Shown in pieces: positions 12,642 to 34,763 of a stretch of 64,000 bases of DNA (position 1 is the first letter of the stretch; each line of letters starts with the position of its first letter). The notes under the pieces were generated by a model. That model was not told where the DNA came from, ran no database searches, and saw only the letters and a program-made list of their open reading frames with translations. The position numbers were made by a program, and so were the translations under genes. The stretch spans positions 258,203-322,202 of the forward strand of contig RHPI01000260.1 of NCBI GenBank assembly GCA_009103225.1. The letters run 5' to 3'. Origin of the DNA: Chlorokybus atmophyticus (Eukaryota > Plantae > Mesostigma and Chlorokybus algae).

Positions 12642-14171
12642 ATGGCCATGGCAAAGGTGTCGCCAATTGGGGCAGCTGTTTATTCCGTTGGGGTGAAACG
12701 CATGGGCACTTCAAGGCGTGGCTTTTGCAGCAGCGAAGTGGTTCTCAGTGCCTGTTGCAGCCTGCGGCTCCGCCAGGGTAGGTAGGTGAGGACTGCGCAA
12801 ACCTCCGCAGCAGTTGCTGGCGACTGACTGTGTTGAGTTTTCGTTGGTCCCATGTTTCCCACAACGTTGGGCGTTCAACCATCCATCCAACACTGCAGTG
12901 CACACTAGCGCCTGCATATGCTCGCTGGGTCGTTCACATCGCATTTTCTCAGCAGGCAATGCAATTCCTATGCTGTTGTTTCATCTACACCGCACTAGAC
13001 TCTCAGCCAGAAGCCGCTTGCCAAAAGGAAAGCATGGTCCTGCCCACAGCGTACGCGCCACTGCATGCGATCAGAATGAAAGCAATGTACCTGTACCTGC
13101 TGCGCACAGCAGTGGTGACGACTTGGTGGTGAGAAGTTGCATTTGGGTGCTCTTTGTACTGCAAAATCAGTTGGAAACCATAGTAATGTCAGGGTCACAT
13201 AATAGCTTTAGCTCTACTTGTGTTTTCGTGCTGTTGGTGGCTCACAATGCCCTGCTTGTTGGGAAGGTCGAGACGTTGACTATGCTTGAGACCAACCTGG
13301 ACGACTCGACGCCCCAGTGCATTGCGTATGTCTTAGAGCGTGCCTTGACACTGGGTGCCCTCGACGCGTGGAGCAGCCCGGTGAGTCGGAAAGTGCTCTC
13401 AGACCAAGCTGGTTGTAACTTGATCATGCTCGTGTTGATTGTCAATGCATGCTGTTTGCCATGTGTCGATGATTAGGGGTCCGTTGGCATCAGCATAACT
13501 CCACTGCCGCGCTGCCCTGCCGGACATGCCAACACACTAGTTGCTGACCGCAAGAAGAGTTACTGAAAGTGGTGCATTCTCAGATCACAATGAAAAAGGG
13601 GCGACCTGGGCTGACCCTGAGCGTGCTCTGCCGCCCTGAGAATGTATTGAGTTTGCAAACGCTGCTGTTCAAGGTGGGCTTTATGTTACTCGTCTGGGTG
13701 ACAGGTGCACAAGCATGCGCTGATGCACTCATATGCGCAGGAAACTACAACACTAGGTGTGCGGTGCACAGTTTGTGAGCGCGTGAGCTTGCCTCGCAAG
13801 TTCGTGACAGTTGTGACAAAGTGGGGGAGTATACCGGTCAAGGTGGCAACCCTGCATGGTGTGATTGTAAGCAAAGCTTTTACAGTTAGCACAGGCATCT
13901 ACCATTGATTGCACTGGCTAGTCTCAAATGCAATAAACTTGGCAGGTCAACGCGCATCCTGAGTATGAAGATTGCGCCAGAGTTGCCAGAGAGTGCAATG
14001 TTCCTCTTAAGGTGAGTCTGTCATGGTGGTTAGCGTTGCTCTGGTTTGTCAAAAGCCATTTGCCATGTCATTTCAATGCTAATGTTGCTGGTGCAGGCCG
14101 TCTTTGACGAGGCTAAACAGGCCTTTGCAGAACAAATTGCATCAACTATCAGTTATAATGCTAGCTGCTGA
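12642..14171 (+). CDS. larC: LarC C-terminal-domain (LarC2-like, NPN nickel-insertase family) protein with a predicted plastid transit peptide
   Basis: Spliced product: MAMAKVSPIG...SVRATACD (transit-peptide-like), then MLETNLDDSTPQ, GALDAW, ITMKKGRPG, LFKETTTLGVR, VNAHPEYEDCARVARECNVPLK. These are hallmark LarC C-terminal motifs. Confidence 0.88.
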
Positions 14172-14243
14172 ACTACAATGAGGCATCAGACCAGGACTAT
14201 TTCTTGCATGCATGCATATGCCCAGTCTCTTCACCATCGCTGC

Positions 14244-14652
14244 AAGTGGGGAATTATACCGGTCAAGGTGGCAACCCTACATGGTGTGATTGTAAGCAAA
14301 GCTTTTGCAATCAGCATTTGCTAAGATGCATAGACATCTGCAATGGACTGCACTCGCGATTCTCACATGCGCCAAGTTTGGCAGGTTGGGATGCGCATTG
14401 ATCAATGCGCATCTGGAGTATGAAGACCGTACGATAGTTGCCAGAGACTGTAATGTGCCTCACAAGGTGAGTCTGTCATGGTGGTCAGCATCAATTAAAC
14501 TGGCTTGTCAAGGGCCATTTTCTTGCCTGTTAATGCCAATGCTGCTGCTGGCCATGTCTGAGGCTGAGCAGTCCTTTGCAGAACATAACGCATGAACCAC
14601 CGGGTTGTAATGCTAGCTGCACAACTACGATGAGGCAGCAGCCCAGGACTTG
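14244..14652 (+). pseudogene. Degenerate tandem copy of the last larC exons, introns and 3'UTR (copy of about 13819-14200)
   Basis: Near-identical ataccggtcaaggtggcaaccct and gagtatgaaga...gttgccagaga...aaggtgagtctgtcatggtgg, with substitutions (HPEYEDC becomes HLEYEDR). Confidence 0.9.
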
Positions 14653-16805
14653 TTACTGCATCCGCGGGCCCGCCACCTTCTTTCATGGGGTCACACAAAT
14701 CACACGTCTTGTTTAGGCGTTGCCACCACTTTGTTTGATAGCTTACCAATATCGCTGTAGAGGTTGATAGCACTTGCATGCGTCTTGACAGCTTGTGTTA
14801 CACTTATTGCCATTCATGCAAGATGTCCATCATATTGGAATGAAGCTAACTTGAAGTATTATGGCGCCATGCGACTTCTTTTTGCCGTTGACATAAGCAC
14901 TTAACTGTTATCTTCAACCATCCATTGTGTCAGTTGTATTCACTGCAATTGTCGGTTACCAATTACGAGTTTGCTAGCCAGCAATCGCGCCAATCAACCA
15001 ATGGCAATGGATGCAAACATTCGGACCCGAACCTCACGCATCCACTCATGTTGTTTGCTGTATGGATAAGCTCTCCTTTCATTTATCTTCTCTCCGCTTC
15101 TACGATTGCGCAAATGGGCATCCACTACCATATGCATTGCACCTAGCGGGCCTTAATTGTATACTTGTATACACTTTACATGCTAAAGTTTGTTTCATTT
15201 ATTGCTACCCGCCGCTAGCTTGTGTGATTCAAATTATAAGATTGAGATAAGAACTGCAATCGATTCTCATGAAGATTATATATCATAGATTACTTTATAC
15301 TCTATTATACAATCATTCAATATTATTCAACCGATCGGCAACTTCCGTTGCAAATAACAATCTACAGTGTATTCTTATTCAAAGATTGCGCGACATCAGT
15401 GTATCATCGATTGCAAACAGCGAACTTTATTGCAATATTTCAAGTGACCAACTACACTTAGAACTGATTTAAATCAGATAGAGATGCAAAAAGTGTCTAG
15501 GGGTTGGATTGCACAAGTGATCTACCAAACTACCTTTTGGAACGATGGGCTCTTGCATACCTTATGCAACACATTACAACTGCACAAAGCAAAGACGAAT
15601 ATATATAAAACAAACCACGGTTGGAAACTATTAGCAACATCGCGGTTCAAAAACTAGCAGCATTGATGAGTTCTGTGTACAAAGATGCGAAAGGCAATGT
15701 GTGCTGCTGCCGTGTACAAATTTATCCCAAATCGTGACATTAAAGATCTCACTCATGGTAGCGTCTTTCGCTACCATAGCCTAGTGGTCGGAGCCCACTT
15801 GTTACATGCCCTATGCACAGTGCCGCTCGAATGACAGGGGTGTGCTTTTCACTACATACAATGTATGCTGTAATTTGCCACTTTATAAAGGGAGAGATTA
15901 AAGTTTCACACAATTGCAAGGTTATCAACTGCCAAATCCTGCAATGTCTAAAATGACGATGTCTATGGCGCTATGGCTTACACACTTGGAGGCGCGTACA
16001 TCATAACACACATACATATGGAGATATTTTTGGATGTGCGAATGGTACTTCATGATGATGATGTGATTGAGGTTGTGTGTGAACACTTGGTATGCACATA
16101 CTGCGCGCATGCTTTCGTTCCATGCACATAGATTGCTGTACCCACTATGCACATGGGTGCTTGCAGCGCGTTATGCTGCTCCTCCTCGCAATGCTCGTGT
16201 TTGCTAGCAAGAGACCAGGGTACAATACATTGGCAAAGAAGTGGCGAATGCGTCAGGACATCTTACCATGATGCATGAGATAGTCATGAGGTCCCAAGCA
16301 ACTTGATGGTCTGGAGACAGATCATGGACATGCACATATTTGCTTGCATGCGCGCTATGAATGTTGCATCATTTGAGTACAGTAGTGGTTTCTCTGTAAG
16401 AACTCTCAGCATCCAAACTACTCCCTGCCTGAATGTATGTTATCACAAGGGAAGCAGGCTCCAGCAGTACGACAATGCTGCTGGCGCTGGAGAGTACACC
16501 AACGCAGCGGCATTGCTCTCAATCTCCCTATCCTACATTCTATCATACTCATGCACTGATGGTCGAGGGGCTTGCCCAGCATACCTCACGAAAATTACTC
16601 GACAAGCCCAAACCTATGTATCTACTACTACCTTACAATCGCAGTGGCCGTTTCATTTCTTTCGTTGAACAGGTTATGGCCACATTCATTTCTTTTGTTG
16701 AACAGATTATGGCCACATTCGACTGAGCATGTGCCTAGGCACAAGTACACCCAGCGAGTATACACAGCAACCAACCATTGCCGCAGCAGTTGTTTGGCAG
16801 GCAAG

Positions 16806-18701
16806 TCAACTGTGCGACGTGCCTATGTTGTCTCTTTTCGCGTGGTATGTTCCTGGAAACAGTTCGGCCTTATGGTTTTTGAGGAACTTCAGGAAGTCAG
16901 CCAAGCGCATTTGCAAGCGATTCAGCGCCTCTTCCTCCATAGCTGTGTATGCCAGCAGTTCAGGCAGCTTGACAAAGAGCCGAAGCAAGTGCTCACCGCC
17001 ATACACGTCGCATGGTTGCTGGTCTGTGCCATGCGGCATCACCTTGTTGGGAAACATTTGTTGAGAAACTGCCAACTTACACCACAAATAGCAAGCCACG
17101 CTGCTATACTATACCGAGTGACTTACTGACAAAAAGCACAGTAACATGCATGCGCAAGGCATGACTCCAACAGTGCTGATTGGTGGCAATGGCAACGACA
17201 GGCTTACCTGCAAGTACTGTGCTTTCTCTTGTCTGTACAGTAGCAACGCCTTCAGCGCTCTGTCAAAGTAAGAGCGCAGTCCACTCACCACCTCTTCCAA
17301 AGCGTCTCCTCCTTTCTCCCGCCTGTTTTTGGAGTCCAGGTACTTGCGCAGAATGTCCTTGACATTCGGGGTTCTTGGCAGCTTGACCAGCTTGCCGTCC
17401 TGCACGCAACGCATGACATAAGCCCGAGCACTGGATATGCCTAACCCATGACTCAATGCAGGCCGCCTGTTAACATACTATCCAGCAGGAAACATCATCA
17501 ACAGCGGCAACAACAACAGTGACATGATCTGCCAAAGCTGTGCACCTTGCTGATTGCCGACCAGTCCTCCACCAGCTGCTTCTTCAACGATCGCGGCAAT
17601 TGTATTTTGAGCACGGGGTCATCATCGCGGTCGTCAATCGTGTTGTCAATCCTCCGTATTTTCTTGCGCCTGATGGACACCCTCTCAATCGCAGGAAGCT
17701 CTTCCGGCTCGTTCTTCCTCCTCTTCCCTGGCCTCTCCCCTTCCGCTTCTTCCTCTTCTTCCTCCACTCGCCTGGCCTTGGCCTTCCTCTTCTCTTCCTT
17801 GGCCTGGCAACCAGTCAATGTGATGCAAGACCCCAAACATGACATCAAACGAATAACTCCGGCCATGCACAAGTGACCTTGCCAACCCTAATCCTAACAT
17901 CCGCAAAGAATGCGCAAGCACAGCATCCTGCTTGCGGACACAACGTTGTCAACTATTCACTATTGAAAATGCACATTGTCTGGCGCTTAGGAAGAAGCTT
18001 GCATGAGAGAGCGAGTGATCGCATGACCTGACTCCAACACCATGTAACCCCCATTGAAAGTTGTGAAAGCTCAAGCTGTGATATAATTGTATTGTGCTTT
18101 GCCATACCTGCTTCGCAAGCTTCTTCATCTTTGCAACATTCGCGTCATTGTACTTCAGAAGCCTGTCAACAGGCACCCATTCGTCCCAAGACTTGCTCCA
18201 ACCCTGCACACGGAAAGCGCAAACATCAACACCAACCTCCGTGAGCGCAGATGTACCAATGTATACTTGCGCAACTTCAGGCAACAACCAGCAAAACATG
18301 CCATCATATCAATGCCATAGTCAATTGCTCACACAATGCACAGATCGTCATGTCTATGACAAGCATTCCACATCCACCATGACCCACACTTACTTGCGAT
18401 GACCCCACTAAGACTACATGCTGGTTCAGCAACAACTGCATTACGCTGGACGAAGAATTATAGTAGTACCTATCAATGCATAGTGAATGCAAGGACTCGC
18501 CTTGTAGTGCACGAAGTAGTACCAGTCTCCCCGCCTTCGCTCCGCGTTGACGACCTTGGCGTCGTACAGCATCGGGCCGTGGTAGGCCAGCACGCGGTCG
18601 CTCTCGGCGAAGGACGACTCCTTCATCGGGACGTGCGTGTCAGCGACGCCGACGCCGGCTTTGACGTCGTCGCCCTCCTCTCCGCCGCTGCTGCTTGTCA
18701 T
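16806..18701 (-). CDS. MRG1: MRG-family chromatin protein (chromo barrel + MRG domain), 5 exons
   Basis: VLAYHGPMLYDAKV, YFVHYKGWSKSWDEWVP, LKKQLVEDW, LRSYFDRAL..LLY, YGGEHLLRLFVKLPELL. Confidence 0.96.
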
Positions 18702-19321
18702 CCCTCCTGACGGACAAGCGCCAACAGCCTTGCCTTACAAACGCTAGCTGGTGTTCTAACCTACCCAGAGCTGCTTGAAGCCAAGTTGATTGCTAGAGTA
18801 ATATCGCACCAGAAACCACCATGTCTCGCCGCCAGCCTTACATAGCTGTTGGGCCGGATAGTCCCCGGCCTGACTCAACTTTGCATGCCCCTATCCTGGC
18901 CTGGCCTAGCCTGACCTAGGCGGATACCAGCTCACAGGCTGTTAAGGTCTGTGTCTTGTATGCCAGACCAAGCTTCTGGCACACACGACTTGGGTGTGGT
19001 CAAGCGTCCGTGACCTGCCCCTACGGCAACGCCGATGATGTCCACCCTTTGTACTCTGCAGCAGGTATTGATGCACACAGGCCAGCTCCGTGATTTGAGC
19101 AACACATGCAAGAAAGTAGCCCTTCGACGAATCACCCTTCCAGCCCAGAACGGCAACGACGACGACGACGACACCGCCGTTGACAACTACAAACAGCAGG
19201 CTTTTCCATCTGCCCGCCAAAGTAGGGTATCTGAAGCGATACGCCGTATCGTAAGCCCGCCCACGTATCGTCATTCAAGACACAGTGTACGAGGCTCAAG
19301 ATACCGTCTACCAATGGTCAC

Positions 19322-19331
19322 GTCACGTGAC
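19322..19331. promoter_or_regulatory. Palindromic G-box-like element GTCACGTGAC between the divergent MRG1 and CPLANE1-like genes
   Basis: Perfect 10-bp palindrome containing CACGTG in the divergent intergenic/5'UTR interval. Confidence 0.3.
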
Positions 19332-19514
19332 TGGACCGTTGTCCCGCTCGCTCAGGCGGCCGAGGGGGAGGAGCAGGAGGTGGAGGAGGAGGAGCAGGAG
19401 GAGGGGGATGAGGGTGATAAGGGAACAAGGAGCAGATACGTCAATCACATGGCTTGCTGGCGGTGACACCTAGCGGCTAGGAAGCAAAGACCAGGACAGG
19501 AGGTCAGCTGCAGG

Positions 19515-28473
<8,959 letters not shown>

Positions 28474-29269
28474 CTGTTGTTGTTGTAGTGTGTGGGAGGG
28501 TAGGCAGGGCTATCGAGTCGATAGGTCATGAATTGGAACAGACGTGCAGATGGCATTCCTCTGTATAAACGACCTCTGCTCTGTGTGTGTGTTGAGCATT
28601 GATGATCATCGCAACAGTAGTGAAGTGGTTCATCATCACACAGTGTGCAAAGAAGGTGTTGCTGCTATGCCACAGTCGACATGGACCCTACTTAGAGTTT
28701 GACACGGCGTCTGTACACATTGTGTGCGTAACAGCGTGCACTTCCAGTGCCTCAGGAAAACACAAAACAAAAGTACAAGCGCTTGCTATGCCAGGCTGCA
28801 GGCTAGTGCATCCACTTTACCTAATGAAGTCCTCTTGGCGTCAACCGCGTGTCATACAGCATAGGGTCTTCAAACTTCCCATACCCATACCCATACCTGC
28901 ATGTGCACACAACACCTCAGTCTCACGCACAAGATTAAGCTGGACTGATTGAACTGGCCAACAAGCTCATTGCGCGGACCAATTTCAGGCCCTCAGTGTA
29001 CTAATGCACTTGAACGAATGGTAACTGCGGGTCTATTCGTGGAAGCACCAGAAGCCCCATCAACAGCATGCATGCCACTCAGTGACAAGTAACAGTCTTC
29101 ATGCATGCTTTATTACTGGTTGGCGTGCTGCTGGCTGAGTGACAACGTTGTAAGTACAGGCTACCGATCACATGTCCCAGTAGTACCATGCTACAGTAAG
29201 TTATACACAGCTCCACTCACAGAGTGCATCATTTTGTCTTCTTGCATAGCTCGCGTCGCAAAGCTGTCA

Positions 29270-29858
29270 GGTGTTCATGCACGCACGGCACTCCGGAAGC
29301 GCAGTCTCGCCCCGACCGCGAACAGCGAGCTGGGGCTGCAGGGAACCACCACGATCTGCACGCTGGCTACATTTGCCACGACGTCGGCAAGCATGCCACC
29401 GCCTACCTGCCAGCTCGCAGCAGCACCAGCAGCAGCAGATCTGTGTATGACTGGCTGGGTACAGCTGTATGGCCAATAGTGGGTACATATCTTCAAACTG
29501 CACAGTGAACTGATCAAACTCACTTTGTTTCCCCCATAAGATCTCTGCTTAGGTGCTGGTTGTAGTGCACCATTGGCACCATTTGCAGCATTGGTTGGAC
29601 AACACACCTGAGCTTGCGGACCACAGCTTTGATGCCGAAGTGAAAACAACACGCAGCGACCCAGCTCTTGCACAACTGTGCAACAGACTGCACCTGGTAG
29701 TCATGGGAGTGAAGCCCGATGAAGTGCAAGTATCGTTGTCACTGTTGACCTCAGTTGAGAGCATTGACAGATGCACAGAGGAGCATGTTGCAATCGTAGA
29801 GAAACGCCAGAGGATCACAATGCACCAGCAAAGATTGCAACGTGAAGCAGGTGGCTGA
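29270..29858 (+). CDS. Possible small uncharacterised spliced ORF
   Basis: Open coding-like exon 29553-29858 (...PELADHSFDAEVKTTRSDPALAQLCNRLHL...QREAGG*) after an AG acceptor, plus a GC-rich upstream exon. No family recognised. Confidence 0.3.
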
Positions 29859-30212
29859 CTAACCGGAGTCAATGCAATCACGTTGCTAACAGGCTGTTGA
29901 ACACTACTCAGTGCAGCACAACAGCTCCGCAGCTGCGCATGACATGTCAACATGCCATACCCTTGACCCTCCAGTACAGATGACGCGCAACAGCTGGTAT
30001 CAATCGCTCAATCAATGAATACAGTATGCACAAGCCTGAGAGGGGGATTGTTAATGTACAGCTGACAGGCTTCTAGGAAGAAGGGTGGTGTTTAATAAAA
30101 CACCATTTTGTAGGCGGACTGGCAGAAGCGTAGTTCCACCTCTGCAAGGGCTGAGCAGCTGCTCAGACTTTGTTAGCTTCCTGTTGTGTATAGCAGCAGA
30201 TACACCGCAGCT

Positions 30213-30916
<704 letters not shown>

Positions 30917-32029
30917 GGCGACTGCTAAAACAACAAGACGACGACGACGACGACCAAAACCACAACCCAGCCGCCGCCCACGCCGCGAGGCACTGCAAAA
31001 CCCTAATTGATAAGCTGAGATAACTTTCAAATCGATTATATACACCGCTGAAAGAAGAACTTCAGTTGTCGATATCGGCGCTTCAACGGCGCGCGCGGTG
31101 ACGCGCGCTGAGGGTTTGCCACGGACAGGCGCGGCGGGGCATCAGCAGCCGCTGTTGAAATTTTGAAATTTGACGCGCGCGGCAAGTTTGGCCCCGTCGG
31201 CCTGCTGCTCATGAGATTGGCTGCGAACTGCAAACGCGGCTCGAGACGCACCCGTTGGAACAACGCGCAGTTGATGCAAGTTGCATGGGCATCATGCAGC
31301 ATGATTCATGGTTCATGCAACCCAGTTCATGATTTACGACAGAGTGTCACGACTGTCGCAAGTCATGAGTTACCGGTATGATTCATAACGGGTTCACGCT
31401 TGTGATTGACCATTCATAATCCATGCCACAAGCCCAGACTCCTGGCCCAAGACTTTTTGTTACCATACTGTTTACAGAAGCATACAACATACCTAAGAGG
31501 GTGTGGCCCGCGTAGTATGGCGACCACACAGTCAATCACCGTCGCATATACCTGCCTATTGGTGTTCACTTGTGATTATAAGTTTACCGCTATCAAAACA
31601 ATGACACGTTCGCTGAGCTTGGCGGGCTTAAGCTACTCCTTGCAAACATGCGCACAAGGTAGAAGACTGTTCATGTATAATGGACAATATCTATAATGAT
31701 GACTTGCAACCGCAAACGCAATGTACACATAATGCGAAACGTTAATGTGTGTATCACGACAAGTGTCGAGTTTTGCTGATCGTAGTGCATCAAATTTCAT
31801 TGGCGATCGTACAAAACTTTCGTCGCACAAGCCCCCCCCCCCCCCTCCTCTCCCTCTTTTTGAGGCCATGTTGGTGCGCTGAAACCCGACGAAACCTGTA
31901 ATACCATCAGTCTGCTGGATGGGCCACATCCCTCCCTGTTGATGTTGCATCACTATCAAACCAGTCACACACCCCTACTCAACACGTACATCTACATACA
32001 CTTGTACAACGCCAACCTGTACATCAACA

Positions 32030-32579
32030 ATAGCCTGCAGCAACTCCACTCCACTCAATAAGGAGGAGGAGGGGCAGGAGACGCAGCTTTCCGCATCATC
32101 ACCCCTCCCCCCAACCACCACCAAACTCTTCCTCTTTGACGTACACCATGTATTCCTGGGGATCACCTGACGGGCCCCAGTGGCTATGATACCCCACTTC
32201 CATAGGCGGTCCATCATCAAGAATATACCCAACCTTGGCCCCACATCCCCGGCAACTTAGGCGTGTGCGGGTGCGGTGTATTCCCCACGCATTGGCCGAC
32301 GCGTAGTGGGAACCCCACCGGGAGCAAGTGTCAACAATGAAGGCGGACTCGTCTATGTTGTGGAAGTTGAGGAACCCATTGTTGTTCCCGCCCCCGGCGA
32401 AATAAATGTCCTCGAGATACCTTTTATGTGTAATCGGTTTTTGCGTCTTGTTGGGTTTATCAGTTGTTTGCTGGTAGTGATGACTACGAGTACCTTTGCG
32501 AGTGGGTGAGGGGCTGCACTGCACCGCAATGCGCGCACGCGTAGTCGCCCGAGGGTGGGGACGGGGCTACTACTGACAT
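32030..32579 (-). pseudogene. At2g17705-like zinc-binding (CxxC...CxxC) protein, copy 1, frameshifted near 32175
   Basis: MSVVAPSPPSGDYACAHCGA..R|YLEDIYFAGGGNNNGFLNF..DES..AWGIHRTRTRLSCRGCGAKVGYILDDGPP..HWGPS. The conserved QVIPR..KRK.LV continues only in another frame (2-nt deletion relative to copy 2). Confidence 0.8.
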
Positions 32580-34763
32580 TATTGGTGTTGTTGGGTTAAG
32601 AATGAAAGGGTTGGTTGGACTTGCGGCAGGGCGATGATCGCGACTCCCGCCTGGTGGCGTGCAACCCCAGTATGCACAGCACTGCTACATGTACACTGTC
32701 ATGCGGTTGGATTGCCACACTTGCACTTGTTACAAGCAGTCGCTAATGAAGTGACAGAGCTGTGCTTCATGTGTCTGATACCAACAGCAGTATCTCATAT
32801 GTAATGGGAATAATACTGTGCAACTTGGAGCTGCAATGGCGATGCATGTGCCACAGCTACTACACCTGATGTCACCCATCTGTCGCTGGCAGCTCTCAGG
32901 GCAGGGTCATAGCTTGCCTCAAGACAGCTGGTTTTTGTGGCGGCCTCCAAAGTTGAAGGGAGAAACTGCAAACATGTAGGGACCATGCATGACAGCAATC
33001 AGCACCGCATCAACATGCAAGCATGCTTGGCAGCAAAGCCATCAGGGGTGATAGCTGTAGTGTGTGAACAGCAATTGGTATCGAATGCACACGCTCAGAT
33101 CACACAGCTAGTTGCAAAATGCCTACAAGGATTGGTTTTGACAGCATTTTTGGCATCGACACGAGCTCGGAATAACAACAAGCTCAGGGAGAGTGAGAAG
33201 CAAGCAGAAATGGGGCTTTTGGACATGTATGCAACACAAGGCACAAGGAATAACGCATGCATGTCAACACATGCGCACGCGCGCACGTGCAGAGTGTTGT
33301 AGGTTGATTGTGTTGCATTTGCACACAGCCCGGCGATTGTGTACTTGATAGCGCGTACGCTCTGAGTTGTAGCGATAGCATGTGCCATTCGGCTGCGCAT
33401 GTTGAACTGCAGTATAGTTCTCAGAAGAACAACCACTTCGCATCCGATACACGTGCACACTCACTCGCACACACCCAAAGACAAACCAACCGACTAACGG
33501 TCACACGCAAGCAGACGCACAGTAGTAGCGCAAGCATCCAACCCGAAGACAAGTTGTGTCTTGGTTACCTCCAACCTGATGCTGATCAGCAGGCAGAGAC
33601 CATGCATGCCCCCGTGCCCCCCACATCCCCAGGCCTCGCCGCACGGCACCCACCCTCCCGAGCGACAGATCAGCCAAGGGTCAGGCCAGCAGGCGTGGTT
33701 GGCACTCTTGGAGGAAGTCCGTGTGTCCGCTCTCACAGCAGACGGGGGGCCGCCTCCCTCAGTTGCTCAGTAAGCGCAGCAGCCAAGCCACATACAAAGC
33801 AAACACTAGACCCACACACCTTTTGCTTGTCTACCACAGCACCTTTGCTCCGCCCCCTCCGCGCCAAGCACTGCGGCTTGGCTGGTGTCATCCATTGGTG
33901 GGTTGAGACTGTGCGGGTGGAAGGCGGCGGGGCGGGGCGGGGCGGGGATGAGGTTGAGAAGCAGTGGAGCAGGCGGAGGAACAGTTGTTTACTATTATTT
34001 AATAGCATATTATAATAATCTCATCTAGAACAACAATCTGGGAGGCATACAAGTGAACTGAGTTACGTCGAGTCGGGTGGAGGCAAGCGGTCGAGCAGTC
34101 ACTGGCCAGTATGCTACGGCGCTGTCGTTGACGAAGGCGTTGAAAGGTAAGGTGCGTCACTGCATGTGTCTGCGGCCGTCTGTTCTGTTCGTCTTGTTTT
34201 GAATCGTTGAGGAATGCGGACGGTCATCATCCGTATCTGAAAGCATGCACGTGATGCGAAATGTGGCTCAAGCACCGCCTGCATGCGTTTGAGGCTCACA
34301 CTACTACTTGTCCCGTGTTAATAATTTACTGCTGGGCTGTACGCCTCGGCTTACTGGTCGTTGTGGTATTGACATTGCTGCAACCAACCTGGTTGCTTGC
34401 TGCTTCAAGTGCCTGACATAACTTTGGCGGCTGATGACATTATCGACCTGACAACTACAGTCACACTGATGCAGCATGAAAGCCCAGCCGTAATAGATTG
34501 AACAAATAGACAGAACCACCTCAGCACAGCACCACCGTATTGCTGCCAAACCTCTGTCCAACGTCACATCACCATGACGCTCGTGTGTTTCTGACATCTA
34601 TAGCATCCACGCAAGTCTTCCTTCATCGCATGCGTGCTCTTTCGCGCATTGTTCATTACCATAAGATGTGGTGTATCTCACACCAGCAGGATAATGAAGC
34701 AGCTCATGTGCGCACCAGCGGTGGCATCTGATCAGTGAGAAAAAAGCGCACACAACCCGCGCG

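Noticed and set aside
16652-16717. 33-bp direct repeat (2 copies), a possible CRISPR-like or TE-protease remnant (YLLLPYN)
   Set aside because: Only two adjacent copies with no spacer, in a eukaryotic context. The Ulp1-like similarity is too short to support.
33500-33970. GC-rich, exon-like segments suggesting an extra gene (also 41640-41830)
   Set aside because: They are the mutually homologous upstream/5'UTR parts of the inverted At2g17705-like duplication, with no conserved reading frame.
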